DNA of 64,000 nt from the NCBI GenBank assembly GCA_049967655.1, contig JBMFSH010000003.1:64001-128000 (forward strand), in the 5' to 3' direction. The stretch is from Acidobacteriota bacterium. GTDB taxonomy: Bacteria > Acidobacteriota > UBA4820 > DSQY01. The notes under the pieces are model-generated. The model was not told the DNA's origin and did not search any database. It worked only from the letters and a program-made list of their open reading frames with translations. A program made the position numbers and the translations under genes. The first letter of the stretch is position 1; each line of letters begins with the position of its first letter. This document shows positions 1 to 9,410 of this stretch, one piece after another.

Positions 1-114
1 CAGGTTGGCGACGTAGCCGCCGTGGTGCTTGTCGTGGTGGATCTCCATGGTCGTGGCGTCGATGTGGGGCTCCAACGCGCTGAGGGCGTAGGGAAGCTTG
101 GGAAGCTCGTACAT
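1..114 (-). CDS. sod: Fe/Mn superoxide dismutase, N-terminal part (runs off the window)
   Basis: Manual translation [38 protein letters not shown] matches the Fe/Mn-SOD N-terminus; AAGGAGG RBS upstream. Not in the ORF track. Confidence 0.93.
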   Translation of the reverse strand, partial: MYELPKLPYALSALEPHIDATTMEIHHDKHHGGYVANL

Positions 115-239
115 CTTTTGTTCCTCCTTGCAAGTGGCGCCCAATGAGAGACAGGCGCCGTTTCTCCCCGCCTGGCCAACCGGGCGGGACCTCGGTTCGA
201 GTCGTTCACAGGGACTGATTAACGAAGGCGGAGAGGGCT

Positions 240-1265
240 TTATTGCGGCAGGCCGCCGGCCGTGGCGGGGGAACCCGCCGGTTGGAGCCCAAAGCGGCGG
301 CCCTGCCAGCTCCGCCGCCGGGCGAGCTCCTTCCGGATGGCGCCGAGGGTGGCCCGCTTGTCGGCGCACCAGTCGGGGGCCAGGAGGAGTCCGCCGGGCC
401 GTTCGCCGGTGAGCCGGTGGATGGTCACCTCGGGGGACAGCGCCTCGATGGCGTCGGCGGCCAGGCCGGCGTAGGCCTCCCTGGAGAGGAGGGGGAGCCC
501 GCCGGCCTTCCACGGCCCCTCCAGCGCCGAGCCCCTGACCACGTGCAGGGGGTGCAGCTTCACCCCCCAGGGCCTCAGCCGCGCGGCCTCGGCCAGCGAT
601 TCCCGCACGGCGCCTTCGCCCTCGCCCGGAAGGCCCAGAATGAGGTGGAGGACCACCGGGACACGGCGCGCCCGCAGGGCCTCCACGGCGGCGACCGTGG
701 AGGCGTGGTCGTGGCCCCGGTTCAGCGCGCGAAGCGTGGCGTCGTGGCGGCTCTGCATGCCCAACTCCACCCAGAGCAGGCGCCCCCCCGCCCACCGTTC
801 GAGAACGGCCAGGAGCTCCGCCGGGAGGCAGTCGGGCCGAGCGCCCAGGGCGAGGCCGATCACCCCCGGCACGGCGAAGGCCGCCGCGAGCATAGCCTCC
901 AGCTTCCCGGCCGCCACGCCGTAGGTGGCGGTGTAGGCCTGGAAGTAGGCGATGACGCCCCTCTCGCCGCGGGCGAGGCCCCGAGCGGCCAGCCGGCGAA
1001 GCCTGTGGGCCCAGGGTTCGCCCGGGAGGAGGTCGCCCGGGCCGCTCCCGCTCGGGTCGCAGTAGGCGCAGCCGCCCACGCCGAGCGTGCCGTCACGGTT
1101 GGGGCAGGTGGCCCCGGTGTCCAGGCTGGCTTTGCGGACACGGCCGCCGAATCGGGCCTTCAGCTCCTTCGAGATCCAGTGGATGGGGTCGGCGGCGTTC
1201 GGAAGAAAAGGGGGGGCGGAAATGGTGGATTGGGGACTTGGGATCAGGGAATTCGGCCTGCCCAT
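240..1265 (-). CDS. TIGR01212/YhcC-family radical SAM protein
   Basis: [17 protein letters not shown] cluster motif, [32 protein letters not shown]; start uncertain. Confidence 0.88.
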   Translation of the reverse strand: MGRPNSLIPSPQSTISAPPFLPNAADPIHWISKELKARFGGRVRKASLDTGATCPNRDGTLGVGGCAYCDPSGSGPGDLLPGEPWAHRLRRLAARGLARGERGVIAYFQAYTATYGVAAGKLEAMLAAAFAVPGVIGLALGARPDCLPAELLAVLERWAGGRLLWVELGMQSRHDATLRALNRGHDHASTVAAVEALRARRVPVVLHLILGLPGEGEGAVRESLAEAARLRPWGVKLHPLHVVRGSALEGPWKAGGLPLLSREAYAGLAADAIEALSPEVTIHRLTGERPGGLLLAPDWCADKRATLGAIRKELARRRSWQGRRFGLQPAGSPATAGGLPQ

Positions 1266-1279
1266 CCTTCATCCCTCAT

Positions 1280-1673
1280 CATGCCTGTCCAAAATAGATC
1301 GCCCTGCCGGCTCCGGACCACGGCTGGGTCTAGGCCGCGCCTTCAGCGCGGCGCTGGGGGCTTGGTCCGGGCGCGTCCACGCGAGCGTGGCCGCGCTCCG
1401 GCCGCAGGCCCTCAGCCGCCCTTCGGGCGCCAGCCCCAGCTGATCTAATACGAACCGTCCCCCCACCCTCCACGGGTGCGCCGGCGGCGACGGACCTCCT
1501 GCTGCGTCAAGCTTCGGCGTCCGCATCCTCAGCGTACAGGGAGTACGCTTGCGGTGCGGCCGCCTCGCTTTCCTGGCATGAGGCCCATCGGCGCCGGGAC
1601 GCCGCTTTTCGCTTCCAGCGAAAAGCGAAGCCAACTGCTCAACCGTAAGCTGAAATTATTTTGGACAGCCATG
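1280..1673. mobile_element. MITE family A, copy 1 (394 bp)
   Basis: Ends CATGCCTGTCCAAAATA / TATTTTGGACAGCCATG; 9-bp direct repeat ATCCCTCAT at 1271-1279 and 1674-1682; internally similar to 36287-36679 and 55587-56071. Confidence 0.9.
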
Positions 1674-1685
1674 ATCCCTCATCTA

Positions 1686-2456
1686 TCACCCCTCATCCTT
1701 GAAGACAATCGGCGTGGCATCGACGCCTGAGGGCGGGGCGTCGTCGATGTGCCGGATCCCCTGGGCGTCGATGTACATGTAGAGGACCCGCAGGACGGGC
1801 TTCTGGAAGCGCCGGGCCAGGTAGTAGCGGTCGTAGTCTCCGGGCGAGGCCAGAAGGGTCTTGGCTTCCTGCACCAGGTGCGGCCGGCCGTAGTCGGCGA
1901 GGATCTGGAAGACGTAGCGGACCGTCTCGGCGTAGGGGGGGATCTTCATGCCGTACTGCTGCACCGCGTTCTCGCCCGAATTGTAGGCCGCCAGCATGAG
2001 GGGCAGGTTGTCGCCGAAGAGCCCCTTGAGGTAGGCCAGGTAGGCCGTTCCGCCCTTGATGTTCTGGTCTAGATCCCAGGGGTTGTTCACGCCGAACCGC
2101 TTGGCCGTGGCGGGCATGAGCTGCATGAGGCCCACGGCCCCCTTCTTGGAGAGAACGTTGGGCCGGAAGTCCGACTCGGCCCGCACGAGGGAGGCCACGA
2201 GGTTGTAGTCCAGCCCCTCGCTGCGGCAGGCGCTTTCGAGCTTGGTTCTGATCTCGCGGCGCTCCCTGCTGCTGATGGGAGGCAGCGGCGCCGAGCGCGA
2301 GGGGGAGCCGCGAAGGGCCTCCGCCGAGGCCGAACCGCGGTTGGTGATGACGATCTGCCCGTTGCTGTCGTGCTCGATGCGGATCTGGGCGCGGGCCGGC
2401 AGGGCCGCGCCCGCCAGGGCGGCGCAGAGTAGCAGGAGGGACGCCGGGTGCCTCAT
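1686..2456 (-). CDS. Lytic transglycosylase (SLT domain), secreted
   Basis: Signal peptide; AESDF, GAVGLMQLMPATA, LAAYNSGE, ETVRYV motifs. Confidence 0.92.
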   Translation of the reverse strand: MRHPASLLLLCAALAGAALPARAQIRIEHDSNGQIVITNRGSASAEALRGSPSRSAPLPPISSRERREIRTKLESACRSEGLDYNLVASLVRAESDFRPNVLSKKGAVGLMQLMPATAKRFGVNNPWDLDQNIKGGTAYLAYLKGLFGDNLPLMLAAYNSGENAVQQYGMKIPPYAETVRYVFQILADYGRPHLVQEAKTLLASPGDYDRYYLARRFQKPVLRVLYMYIDAQGIRHIDDAPPSGVDATPIVFKDEG

Positions 2457-3529
2457 GCGTCGCCTCCCGGCCAGTTGTTTCGGGCGAGCTGGCCGCAGGC
2501 CGCCAGGATGTCCCGCCCCCGGCTCTTGCGGATGCTCGTGGGCACGCCGTGGCGCAGGAGCACCGCCTGGAACGTGCGGGTCCTCTCCCCGTCCGAGGGT
2601 ACGAAGGGGAGGCCCTCCGCTGCGTTGAACTGGATCAGGTTGACCTTCACCTTCAGCCCCTTGGCGAACCGAGCCACTCCCTCCGCATCCTCAGGTCCGT
2701 CGTTCACGCCTCCGAGCAGGACGTATTCCAGCGAGATGCGCTCCCGGTTCCGCCGCGAGAGGTCCTGCAGGAGGGCGCGCAAGCGCTTGAGGTCGTACCG
2801 GGCGTTGATCGGCATGAGGCGCGTGCGCAGGCCGTCCAACGGGGCATTGAGCGAGAGGGAGAGCCTCGGGCAGACGGTGCTCTTGGCGAAGGCCTCCATC
2901 TGGTCCGCGAGGCCGGAGGTGGAGACGGTGATCCGCCGCCAGGAGATGGCCAGACCCTCCTCGTCCTCCAGGATGGCTAGGGCCGCCTCCAGGTTGGCCC
3001 GGTTGGCCATGGGCTCGCCCATGCCCATGAAGACGACGTTGTATCCCACCTCGCGGATGTCGGTGCGCTCCTCGAGGACGAAGAACTGGCCAAGAATCTC
3101 GCCGGGGGTGAGGTTCCGCCGGAAGCCCATGCGGGCCGTGAGGCAGAAGGCGCAGCCCACGGCACAGCCGACCTGCGAGCTGACGCAGACGGTCCTTCGG
3201 TTCCCGTCGGGGATGAAGACGGCCTCGATGGCCTGGCCGTCCGAGAGGCGGAGCAGGAACTTCCGCGTGCCGTCGGATGAGAGCTGTTCGCCCGTCACCT
3301 CCGGCAGGTCGGCGCTCGTCCGGGCGGCCAGGGCGGCGCGGGCCTCCTTGGGGAGGTTGGTCCAGGCGAGGGGATCGAGCACCCGCCGGCCGTAGATCCA
3401 GCGGTAGATCTCGGAGAGCTGAAAGGGCTTGAGGCCCAGGCCGTCGCAGAGGGAGGCCAGCCCCTCCCGGTCGAGTCCGACCAGGGGCACCCTTCCCTCC
3501 TGCTCGCGGGTCGCCAGCGACAGGCTCAA
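2453..3529 (-). CDS. rlmN: 23S rRNA (A2503-C2) methyltransferase RlmN
   Basis: CVSSQVGCAVGCAFC, VFMGMGEP, DILAACGQL; TTG start chosen from a GAGGAGG RBS. Confidence 0.95.
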   Translation of the reverse strand: MSLSLATREQEGRVPLVGLDREGLASLCDGLGLKPFQLSEIYRWIYGRRVLDPLAWTNLPKEARAALAARTSADLPEVTGEQLSSDGTRKFLLRLSDGQAIEAVFIPDGNRRTVCVSSQVGCAVGCAFCLTARMGFRRNLTPGEILGQFFVLEERTDIREVGYNVVFMGMGEPMANRANLEAALAILEDEEGLAISWRRITVSTSGLADQMEAFAKSTVCPRLSLSLNAPLDGLRTRLMPINARYDLKRLRALLQDLSRRNRERISLEYVLLGGVNDGPEDAEGVARFAKGLKVKVNLIQFNAAEGLPFVPSDGERTRTFQAVLLRHGVPTSIRKSRGRDILAACGQLARNNWPGGDA

Positions 3530-3602
3530 AGGCGCCTCCTCACCTTCCCATGTATAGCGGATGTTGACCCGGCATGGCAACGGCGAAGCCCGCTCACGCC
3601 CC

Positions 3603-4097
3603 TCACCTTCCGCCGCCGGCGCCTCCCCCCGTGCGGGGGCGCATGCGGATCTCGGTGCCGCGGCGGTTGAAGGAGACCTCGCCCATGAGATGATTGATCA
3701 GGAAGATGCCCCGGCCCCGGTCGCGGAAGAGCTGCTCGCCCACGACGGGGCTTGGGACCTTGCTCGGGTCGAAGCCGGCGCCGGGATCCCGCACGACGAT
3801 GAGCATGCCCCTCTCCGGATCGCACTCGACGCCGATCTGGACGCACTGGTTCGGATCGCCGTGGCAACCGTGCAGGACAGCGTTGGCCAGGGCCTCCGAG
3901 AGGGCAAGGCGGATCTCGTACTCCTGGTCGCGCGCGCAGCCCAGCTCCGCCACCACCTTCATGATGCGCTCCACCACCGGAGGGATGGCCGACGGCACGC
4001 CCTGGATCGTCATATCGAGCCTGAGCCTCAGCGCATCCGCGTCGAACTCGCAGGCCGGACGAGGGCTGGGTTCACCGCTTCCTTTTTTCCGTGCCAT
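3603..4097 (-). CDS. RsbW-like anti-sigma factor / HATPase protein
   Basis: EALANAVLHG, VRDPGAGFD, GRGIFLI. Confidence 0.88.
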   Translation of the reverse strand: MARKKGSGEPSPRPACEFDADALRLRLDMTIQGVPSAIPPVVERIMKVVAELGCARDQEYEIRLALSEALANAVLHGCHGDPNQCVQIGVECDPERGMLIVVRDPGAGFDPSKVPSPVVGEQLFRDRGRGIFLINHLMGEVSFNRRGTEIRMRPRTGGGAGGGR

Positions 4098-4200
4098 GGA
4101 GCTCGCTCCTTCCTCTCATCTTAGCGCGAAGAGCGACAGCCATGAAGAGGCCCCGGCGCCTGAAGAGAGGCGAGGTGTGGGCGGGGGAGAAGAGCCGTCG

Positions 4201-4947
4201 CTAAGGGAGGTCGAGAACCGGGTCAAGGCCGGACTCGGCGGCGAGGAGGCGGTCGAGCAGGGCCGAAAGGCGCCCCTGGCCCACGAGCCTGGGCGGGGCG
4301 GCGGGCGGCTGCGCCGCCGGATTGGCAACCCACCAGGCCGGACATCCCAGGCCGGTGGCGGGCCGGATGTCGGCTCCCCAGTCGTCGCCGGCCATGAGGC
4401 ACTCCTCCGGCTCCCGGCCGAGAAGGCTGAAAATCTCCCTGTAATAGGCCGGGTGCGGTTTGCAGGCGTGCATGGTCTCGTAGGTGGTGACCAGGGCGTA
4501 TGGAAACCGCTGGACGCCCACGCCGGCCCACTCCAGCCGCTGTTCGATGGCGGTGCGCGGGAAGAGGGGGTTGGTGGCGATGGCCACCTGGAGGCCCCGG
4601 CCGAAGGCCCACTCCACGAGCCGAGGGGCTTCGGGCACGGGGCGGGTGAGGGGGCGGAGCTTGGGGAACTCCTCGGCGTAGAAGCGCCGGATGACCGGTT
4701 CGAGCTGGGCGCGCTCCCGGCCGACGGCGGGGTAGAAGGCGGAGGCGAACAGCTCCTCGTTGGTGGCCCCGGTGCCGTCGTTGGCGGCCATGACGCGGGT
4801 GGCGTTCAGCAGCTCGTTGACCAGGCGCCTGGGCGGGACGTGGTTCGAGAGGAAGCCTCCGAGCGCCTCTAGGTAGGCCGGGACGAAGAGTTCCATGCTG
4901 TTGCCGAGAAGGGTCCCATCCAGATCCAGCAGGAGGACTTTCAGCAC
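4201..4947 (-). CDS. HAD-family hydrolase
   Basis: DLDGTLL motif I, ATNP, CKPHPAYY, MAGDD; GTG start after an RBS. Confidence 0.88.
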   Translation of the reverse strand: MLKVLLLDLDGTLLGNSMELFVPAYLEALGGFLSNHVPPRRLVNELLNATRVMAANDGTGATNEELFASAFYPAVGRERAQLEPVIRRFYAEEFPKLRPLTRPVPEAPRLVEWAFGRGLQVAIATNPLFPRTAIEQRLEWAGVGVQRFPYALVTTYETMHACKPHPAYYREIFSLLGREPEECLMAGDDWGADIRPATGLGCPAWWVANPAAQPPAAPPRLVGQGRLSALLDRLLAAESGLDPVLDLP

Positions 4948-5073
4948 GATGCGCCTTCCTCCGTCCGATGGACGGTCTCGTGGCGTGGCCGCCATGGTCT
5001 GCCGTGAGCCAAGTCCGCGGGCTCTCCGGGAAGGATATCCCGAAGGGCCCTCCGCCGCCAGGCCAGCCGGGGG

Positions 5074-5309
5074 CCCAATCCCGCGATGGAGTGAGGAGAA
5101 GGCGGGGCAAGGCTCATCCGGCCATGGATCGCGAGCTAGGGCAGCTTACCTGAAAGGGGCCGGCCTTTCATCCCGTCCCACTCAATTGCTTACTCGCTTA
5201 ATCGCTTAATTGCTTAATCGCCTAATTGCTTACTCGCTTAATCGCGATGGGGAAGTCGCCGTCAGGGGACAGCTCCCACATCGACGGGAATTGCATTGCG
5301 GAATTTGGG
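5074..5309 (+). mobile_element. Repeat family B, copy 1 (MITE/REP-like, internal octamer array)
   Basis: Ends CCCAATCCCGCGAT / ATTGCGGAATTTGGG; similar to 16977-17173 (inverted) and 41665-41892; internal (TCGCTTAA)-type repeats. Confidence 0.8.
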
Positions 5310-5542
5310 GGGCAATGTGGCACGATTGGGAGAGAAGACTCGCATTTGGTCCACCGCGGCGTGAAGGCTTAAAATCATTCCCATCCGGAAAGTCCGGATG
5401 GGCGAGGTGGAGGGTTGAGCGTGGAGGGCGGAGTGCCAGCCAAGCGTTTGATTCTGCGCGGGCTGCTTTCCCCCTCCGCCCTCCATCCTCAAACGGCTTT
5501 TCTGGATGGACACTAAACTATTTCTCCGCTTGGGAGGAGACC

Positions 5543-6859
5543 ATGCGCCGTAAGACCCGTTTCCCCCGGTTCGCCCCCTTGCGTTGGGGCCTCGTCCTGG
5601 CCGCCTTTGCCGTTCTGGCCTCGGGGCCCGCGCCTTCGGCCTGCACCACCGCGGTCGTCACGGGCGCCGCCACGGCCAACGGTCGGCCCCTGCTCTGGAA
5701 GAACCGCGACTCGGACGACCTTCATAACCAGGTGGTCTACTGCGACGACGGGCGGTATCCCTACGTCGGGCTGGTGGACACGGGAGACGCGGCGGGCATG
5801 CAGATCTGGGCGGGGATCAACTCGCAGGGCTTCGCCGTCATGAACTCGGCCTCCTACAACCTGGGCAAGGGCGAGACCAACGGCGAGGGCGCCTTCATGA
5901 AGCTGGCCCTCCAATCCTGCGCCACGGTGCAGGACTTCCAGGCGCTCCTGGAGAAGACCAACCCGGGCGGCCGGGACGTCTCGGCCAATTTTGGCGTGAT
6001 CGACGCCAAGGGCGGCGCCGCCTACTTCGAGACGGGCAAGACGAGCTACAAGCGCTTCAACGCCGACGACCCGGCCATCGCTCCGCAGGGCTTCCTGGTC
6101 CGAACCAACTACAGCGAGTCGGGCGACCCCGAATCGGGCACGGGCTTCCTCCGCCACGACAGGGCGGTGAGCCTGCTGGGCGAGCTGGCGAGGGAGAGGA
6201 AGCTCGACGCCCAGTCGCTGCTGGCGACGGTGGCCCGCGACACGGCCAACGTGCGGCTGGACTCCTTCCCCGCCGAGAAGCGCAGGCGCGGGGCTCCGGA
6301 GTGGGCTTACGTGGGCGACAGCATCAACCGCGCCATCACCTCGGCCGCCGTGGTCTTCGAGGGGGTCCGGCCGGGACAGGACCCCCGGCTGGCTACGGCG
6401 TGGGTGATCCTCGGCCAGCCCGTCACCGGCGTGGCGGTTCCCCTCTGGGTGGCGGCGGGCGGCGTCCCCTCCGAGCTGGGCGTCTCGCCCGAGGCGGCCT
6501 CCCTCAACGAGGCCTTCGGCGACGTGGGCGACGTGCTCTATCCGGACCAGAGAGGGGAGCTGAAGAACTACCTCTCCGTGGATGCCCTCTCTAATCCCAA
6601 GACGGGGCTGCTGGCTGGCCTGGTCGCCACGGAGGCCCTGAACTTCCGGCAGGAGGGTGAGGCGGTGGGGCGGTGGGCCGCGAACTTCCCGGCGCCCTCC
6701 GAGGTTCTGGGCCTGGAGAAGGCCATAGCCCGCGAGAGCCTTCAGGCGGTGAAGAAGCTGCTCCAGGAGCGGCAGGAGAAGGTCCCCACCCAGCCCAGGC
6801 CCAGGCATCGCCAGCCGCCCCCGAAGCCGGCCCTCAGCGTTGCTCCGCTGGCATCGTGA
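5543..6859 (+). CDS. Secreted Ntn-hydrolase (peptidase C45 / acyltransferase-like)
   Basis: Signal peptide followed by A|CTTAVV...GRPLLWKNRD (N-terminal Cys nucleophile), GINSQG, RTNY; GGAGGAG RBS before ATG 5543. Confidence 0.8.
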   Translation: MRRKTRFPRFAPLRWGLVLAAFAVLASGPAPSACTTAVVTGAATANGRPLLWKNRDSDDLHNQVVYCDDGRYPYVGLVDTGDAAGMQIWAGINSQGFAVMNSASYNLGKGETNGEGAFMKLALQSCATVQDFQALLEKTNPGGRDVSANFGVIDAKGGAAYFETGKTSYKRFNADDPAIAPQGFLVRTNYSESGDPESGTGFLRHDRAVSLLGELARERKLDAQSLLATVARDTANVRLDSFPAEKRRRGAPEWAYVGDSINRAITSAAVVFEGVRPGQDPRLATAWVILGQPVTGVAVPLWVAAGGVPSELGVSPEAASLNEAFGDVGDVLYPDQRGELKNYLSVDALSNPKTGLLAGLVATEALNFRQEGEAVGRWAANFPAPSEVLGLEKAIARESLQAVKKLLQERQEKVPTQPRPRHRQPPPKPALSVAPLAS

Positions 6860-6971
6860 AGGGATGGAAACAGAGAGACAGGGAAACAGGGAAGAACTTC
6901 TTGCTTCTTCCCGCCCCATCTGTCTTGGTGCCTTGGTGTCTTGGTGGTGAGTCTTCTCTTTTCAGGCGGCT

Positions 6972-7682
6972 CTAGAACCCCAGGGGCTCCCGCTGCCTGG
7001 TCTTGAGGAGGCTGAGGAACTCCTTGCGGCGACGCTCGTCGCGCTGGAAATCCCCCGTGAAGGCGGTGGTGGTGGTCTGGCTGGCCTGCTTCTCGACGCC
7101 CCTCATGGCCATGCAGAGGTGGAAGCCCGTGGCCAGAACGGCCACGCCCCTGGGGCTGATGATCTCCTCCAGGCTGTCCGCGATCTGCTTGGTGAAGCGC
7201 TCCTGCACCTGAAGGCGCCGGGCGAAGGCGTCCACGAGCCTGGGGATCTTGGAGAGGCCGATGATCTTCTCCCCCGGGAGGTAGGCCACGGAGACCTTGC
7301 CGAAGAAGGGCAGCAGGTGGTGCTCGCAGAGCGAGTAGAACTCCACGTCCCGCACCAGCACCAGCTCGCGGTAGTCCTCCGCGTCGAACACGGCTCCGTT
7401 GACGATGTCGGCCAGGTCCGCGTCGTAGCCCGAGGTCAGGAAGCGCATGGACTTCGCCACGCGCTTGGGCGTCTGAACCAGCCCCTCTCGGGAGGGGTCC
7501 TCGCCCAGCTCTTCGAGCATGCCCCGACTGAGGGCCTCCAGGCGGTCCGTGTACCCCTCCGTGAGGGGAAGCCCTCCCGCCAGGGAGAGGGCCGCGGCCC
7601 CGAGCGACCGGTGTTGCGCCGCGACGTCCTCAGCGGCGAACGATGGCCGTGTTGCGATCGGTTTCTTGAAGTCGGATTTCAT
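6972..7682 (-). CDS. folE: GTP cyclohydrolase I
   Basis: [46 protein letters not shown]; start uncertain. Confidence 0.96.
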   Translation of the reverse strand: MKSDFKKPIATRPSFAAEDVAAQHRSLGAAALSLAGGLPLTEGYTDRLEALSRGMLEELGEDPSREGLVQTPKRVAKSMRFLTSGYDADLADIVNGAVFDAEDYRELVLVRDVEFYSLCEHHLLPFFGKVSVAYLPGEKIIGLSKIPRLVDAFARRLQVQERFTKQIADSLEEIISPRGVAVLATGFHLCMAMRGVEKQASQTTTTAFTGDFQRDERRRKEFLSLLKTRQREPLGF

Positions 7683-8037
7683 AGAGTCTCCCGGCGGAAA
7701 TCTTGGGGTCCAAGACCTCCCAAAAGGCCACGGCCAGATTCTCGGCCGTGGGGATGACCCCCTCCAGAAAGGGGACGTCCATGTTGAGGTTCTTGTGGTC
7801 CACGCGCTCGATGATCTCCCTCTCGATCAGGGCCTTCAGCTCCTTCATGTCGAGGATCATTCCGGTCTCCGGGTCCACGGGCCCCTCCACCGTCACCTCC
7901 AACAGGTAGTTGTGTCCGTGCCCGTTGAGGTTGGAACAGAGACCGAAGATCTCCCGGTTGCGGGCAAGGGACCACTCGGGCCGGTGGAGCCTGTGGGCGG
8001 CCGAGAAGTGGCTCTTGACGGTCAACAGCGTCCGCAT
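7630..8037 (-). CDS. 6-pyruvoyl-tetrahydropterin synthase family (COG0720), C-X5-HGH type
   Basis: [29 protein letters not shown]. Confidence 0.9.
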   Translation of the reverse strand: MRTLLTVKSHFSAAHRLHRPEWSLARNREIFGLCSNLNGHGHNYLLEVTVEGPVDPETGMILDMKELKALIEREIIERVDHKNLNMDVPFLEGVIPTAENLAVAFWEVLDPKISAGRLYEIRLQETDRNTAIVRR

Positions 8038-8274
8038 GACGACCTCCATCCGCGTAGGCGAGCAAGACACATACCAACGGCCCCACCCTGGGCTCCGGGC
8101 ATTCTCCCCTTGTAACAAAGTACCGGGGGTCAGGCAAGGCGTGCGCGTTTCAGCGGGGGAGGAGAGGCCTGCGCCCGCTGCCTCCTCGGGTTCCCGCGTG
8201 CAACCTCGCCGCCTCCTGGTTTCAAGCCCGCAACGCGGAGGGGGCGGAAATCCAGCGGATGCGGGCTCCTAGCC

Positions 8275-8291
8275 CTGGCACATCGCTTGCT
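8275..8291 (+). promoter_or_regulatory. Candidate sigma54 (-24/-12) promoter for ahpC
   Basis: CTGGCACATCGCTTGCT, GG-N10-GC consensus, ~65 bp before the ahpC start. Confidence 0.75.
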
Positions 8292-8356
8292 TTGAGTTAG
8301 GCGGGGGTGGTCCCCAAGCGTACCCAAGGTCGCAACGACAGCAAGGAGGAGATGGA

Positions 8357-8944
8357 ATGAGTCTGGTTGGACAAAAAGCTCCCGAATTTACTCTGGATGC
8401 GGTGGTCAACGGCGATTTCGCCCAGGTGAAGCTCTCGGATTTCAAAGGCAAATACGTGGTCCTCTTCTTCTACCCGCTCGACTACACCTTCGTCTGCCCC
8501 ACGGAGATCACGGCCTTTGCGGATAGCTACGAGGAGTTCAAGAAGCTCGGAGCCGAGGTGCTGGCCGCATCGGTGGACAGCAAGTTCGTCCACCTGGCCT
8601 GGCAGAAGACGCCTCGCAAGCAGGGCGGCCTCGGGCCCGTGCCCTTCCCGCACCTCTCCGATCTGAACAAGAGCCTGGCGAGGGACTACGGCGTGCTGCT
8701 CGACCCCGCGGGCGTGGCTCTGCGCGGCCTCTTCGTGATCGACGAGGAGGGCGTCGTCCAGCACGCCACCGTCAACCACCTGGGCGTGGGGCGCAACGTG
8801 GAGGAGACCCTGCGCACGCTTCAGGCCATTCAGACCGTCAAGAAGACGGGCGAGGTCTGCCCGGCCAACTGGAAGCCCGGCGGCGAAACCATGAAGGGCG
8901 ACGTGAAGGGCTCCCTCGAGTACTTCGAGAAGCACTCCAAGTAA
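8357..8944 (+). CDS. ahpC: 2-Cys peroxiredoxin AhpC
   Basis: [15 protein letters not shown] and GEVCPANW. Confidence 0.96.
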   Translation: MSLVGQKAPEFTLDAVVNGDFAQVKLSDFKGKYVVLFFYPLDYTFVCPTEITAFADSYEEFKKLGAEVLAASVDSKFVHLAWQKTPRKQGGLGPVPFPHLSDLNKSLARDYGVLLDPAGVALRGLFVIDEEGVVQHATVNHLGVGRNVEETLRTLQAIQTVKKTGEVCPANWKPGGETMKGDVKGSLEYFEKHSK

Positions 8945-8948
8945 CCGA

Positions 8949-8980
8949 CCGGGCGGGAGGGGAGCGCCCTTTCCGCCCGG
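8949..8980 (+). terminator. GC-rich hairpin after ahpC (no U tract)
   Basis: CCGGGCGGGAGGGG-AGCG-CCCTTTCCGCCCGG. Confidence 0.45.
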
Positions 8981-9059
8981 AGCCTGCCCCCGCTGGGTTG
9001 ATGAGGGGCAATGGATGATCGGTGATGGGCGAGGCTTTCTCTCCACCTTTCTCGCTCTG

Positions 9060-9410
9060 ACCCCTCCGGCACCCACGGAGTTGGTTCTCGGCGAAGGGCG
9101 TTAACTCCAGCTGCAGCAAGGGTTCAGGCCTTCGAGACGGGTCTCCGAGGGGGCACCGGACTCAACCGAAAGTATGAGTGTCGGACTCATACTCGAGACT
9201 GAAGACAACGGCTCGGGCGCGCCCTAATGTGATCTCATCGCCTTCGGGCGGCGGCCGGAGAGAGCCGGGGTTCTGGTGGGGTTCCCCGCTGGGTTCGGCC
9301 GAGGTGGTTTTCGCGGCGCGGGTCAAGGCTCCACCCCTCTCTCCCTGGGGACCTCCCGCACCAGCGAAAGCCGCCGCGAAGCAGGGGGACCTTTTCGGAG
9401 GTCCCCCGAG
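9060..9410 (+). ncRNA. Candidate structured non-coding RNA, family unassigned
   Basis: Several stems, UUCG-capped hairpins and crossing long-range complementarities in a ~600-bp gap between convergent genes; no credible ORF. Confidence 0.45.

Noticed and set aside
1269..1634. Similar short ORFs at 1.3-1.7, 36.3-36.7 and 55.4-56.1 kb as a protein family
   Set aside because: They are translations of the non-coding MITE; frames and lengths are not conserved between copies.
5336..5540. 111-codon N-terminal extension of the Ntn-hydrolase ORF (from 5210)
   Set aside because: It starts inside repeat family B; the RBS and signal peptide point to ATG 5543.
9166..9210. Hammerhead ribozyme (GAAA-stem-UC...CUGAAGA)
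   Set aside because: Core words are present, but only 4 nt separate the cleavage triplet from CUGAAGA (no stem I) and stem II cannot pair.
9255..9350. Glycine riboswitch (GGAGAGA...CCGAGG)
   Set aside because: Lacks CCGAAG and CUCUCAGG, and there is no downstream + strand gene.
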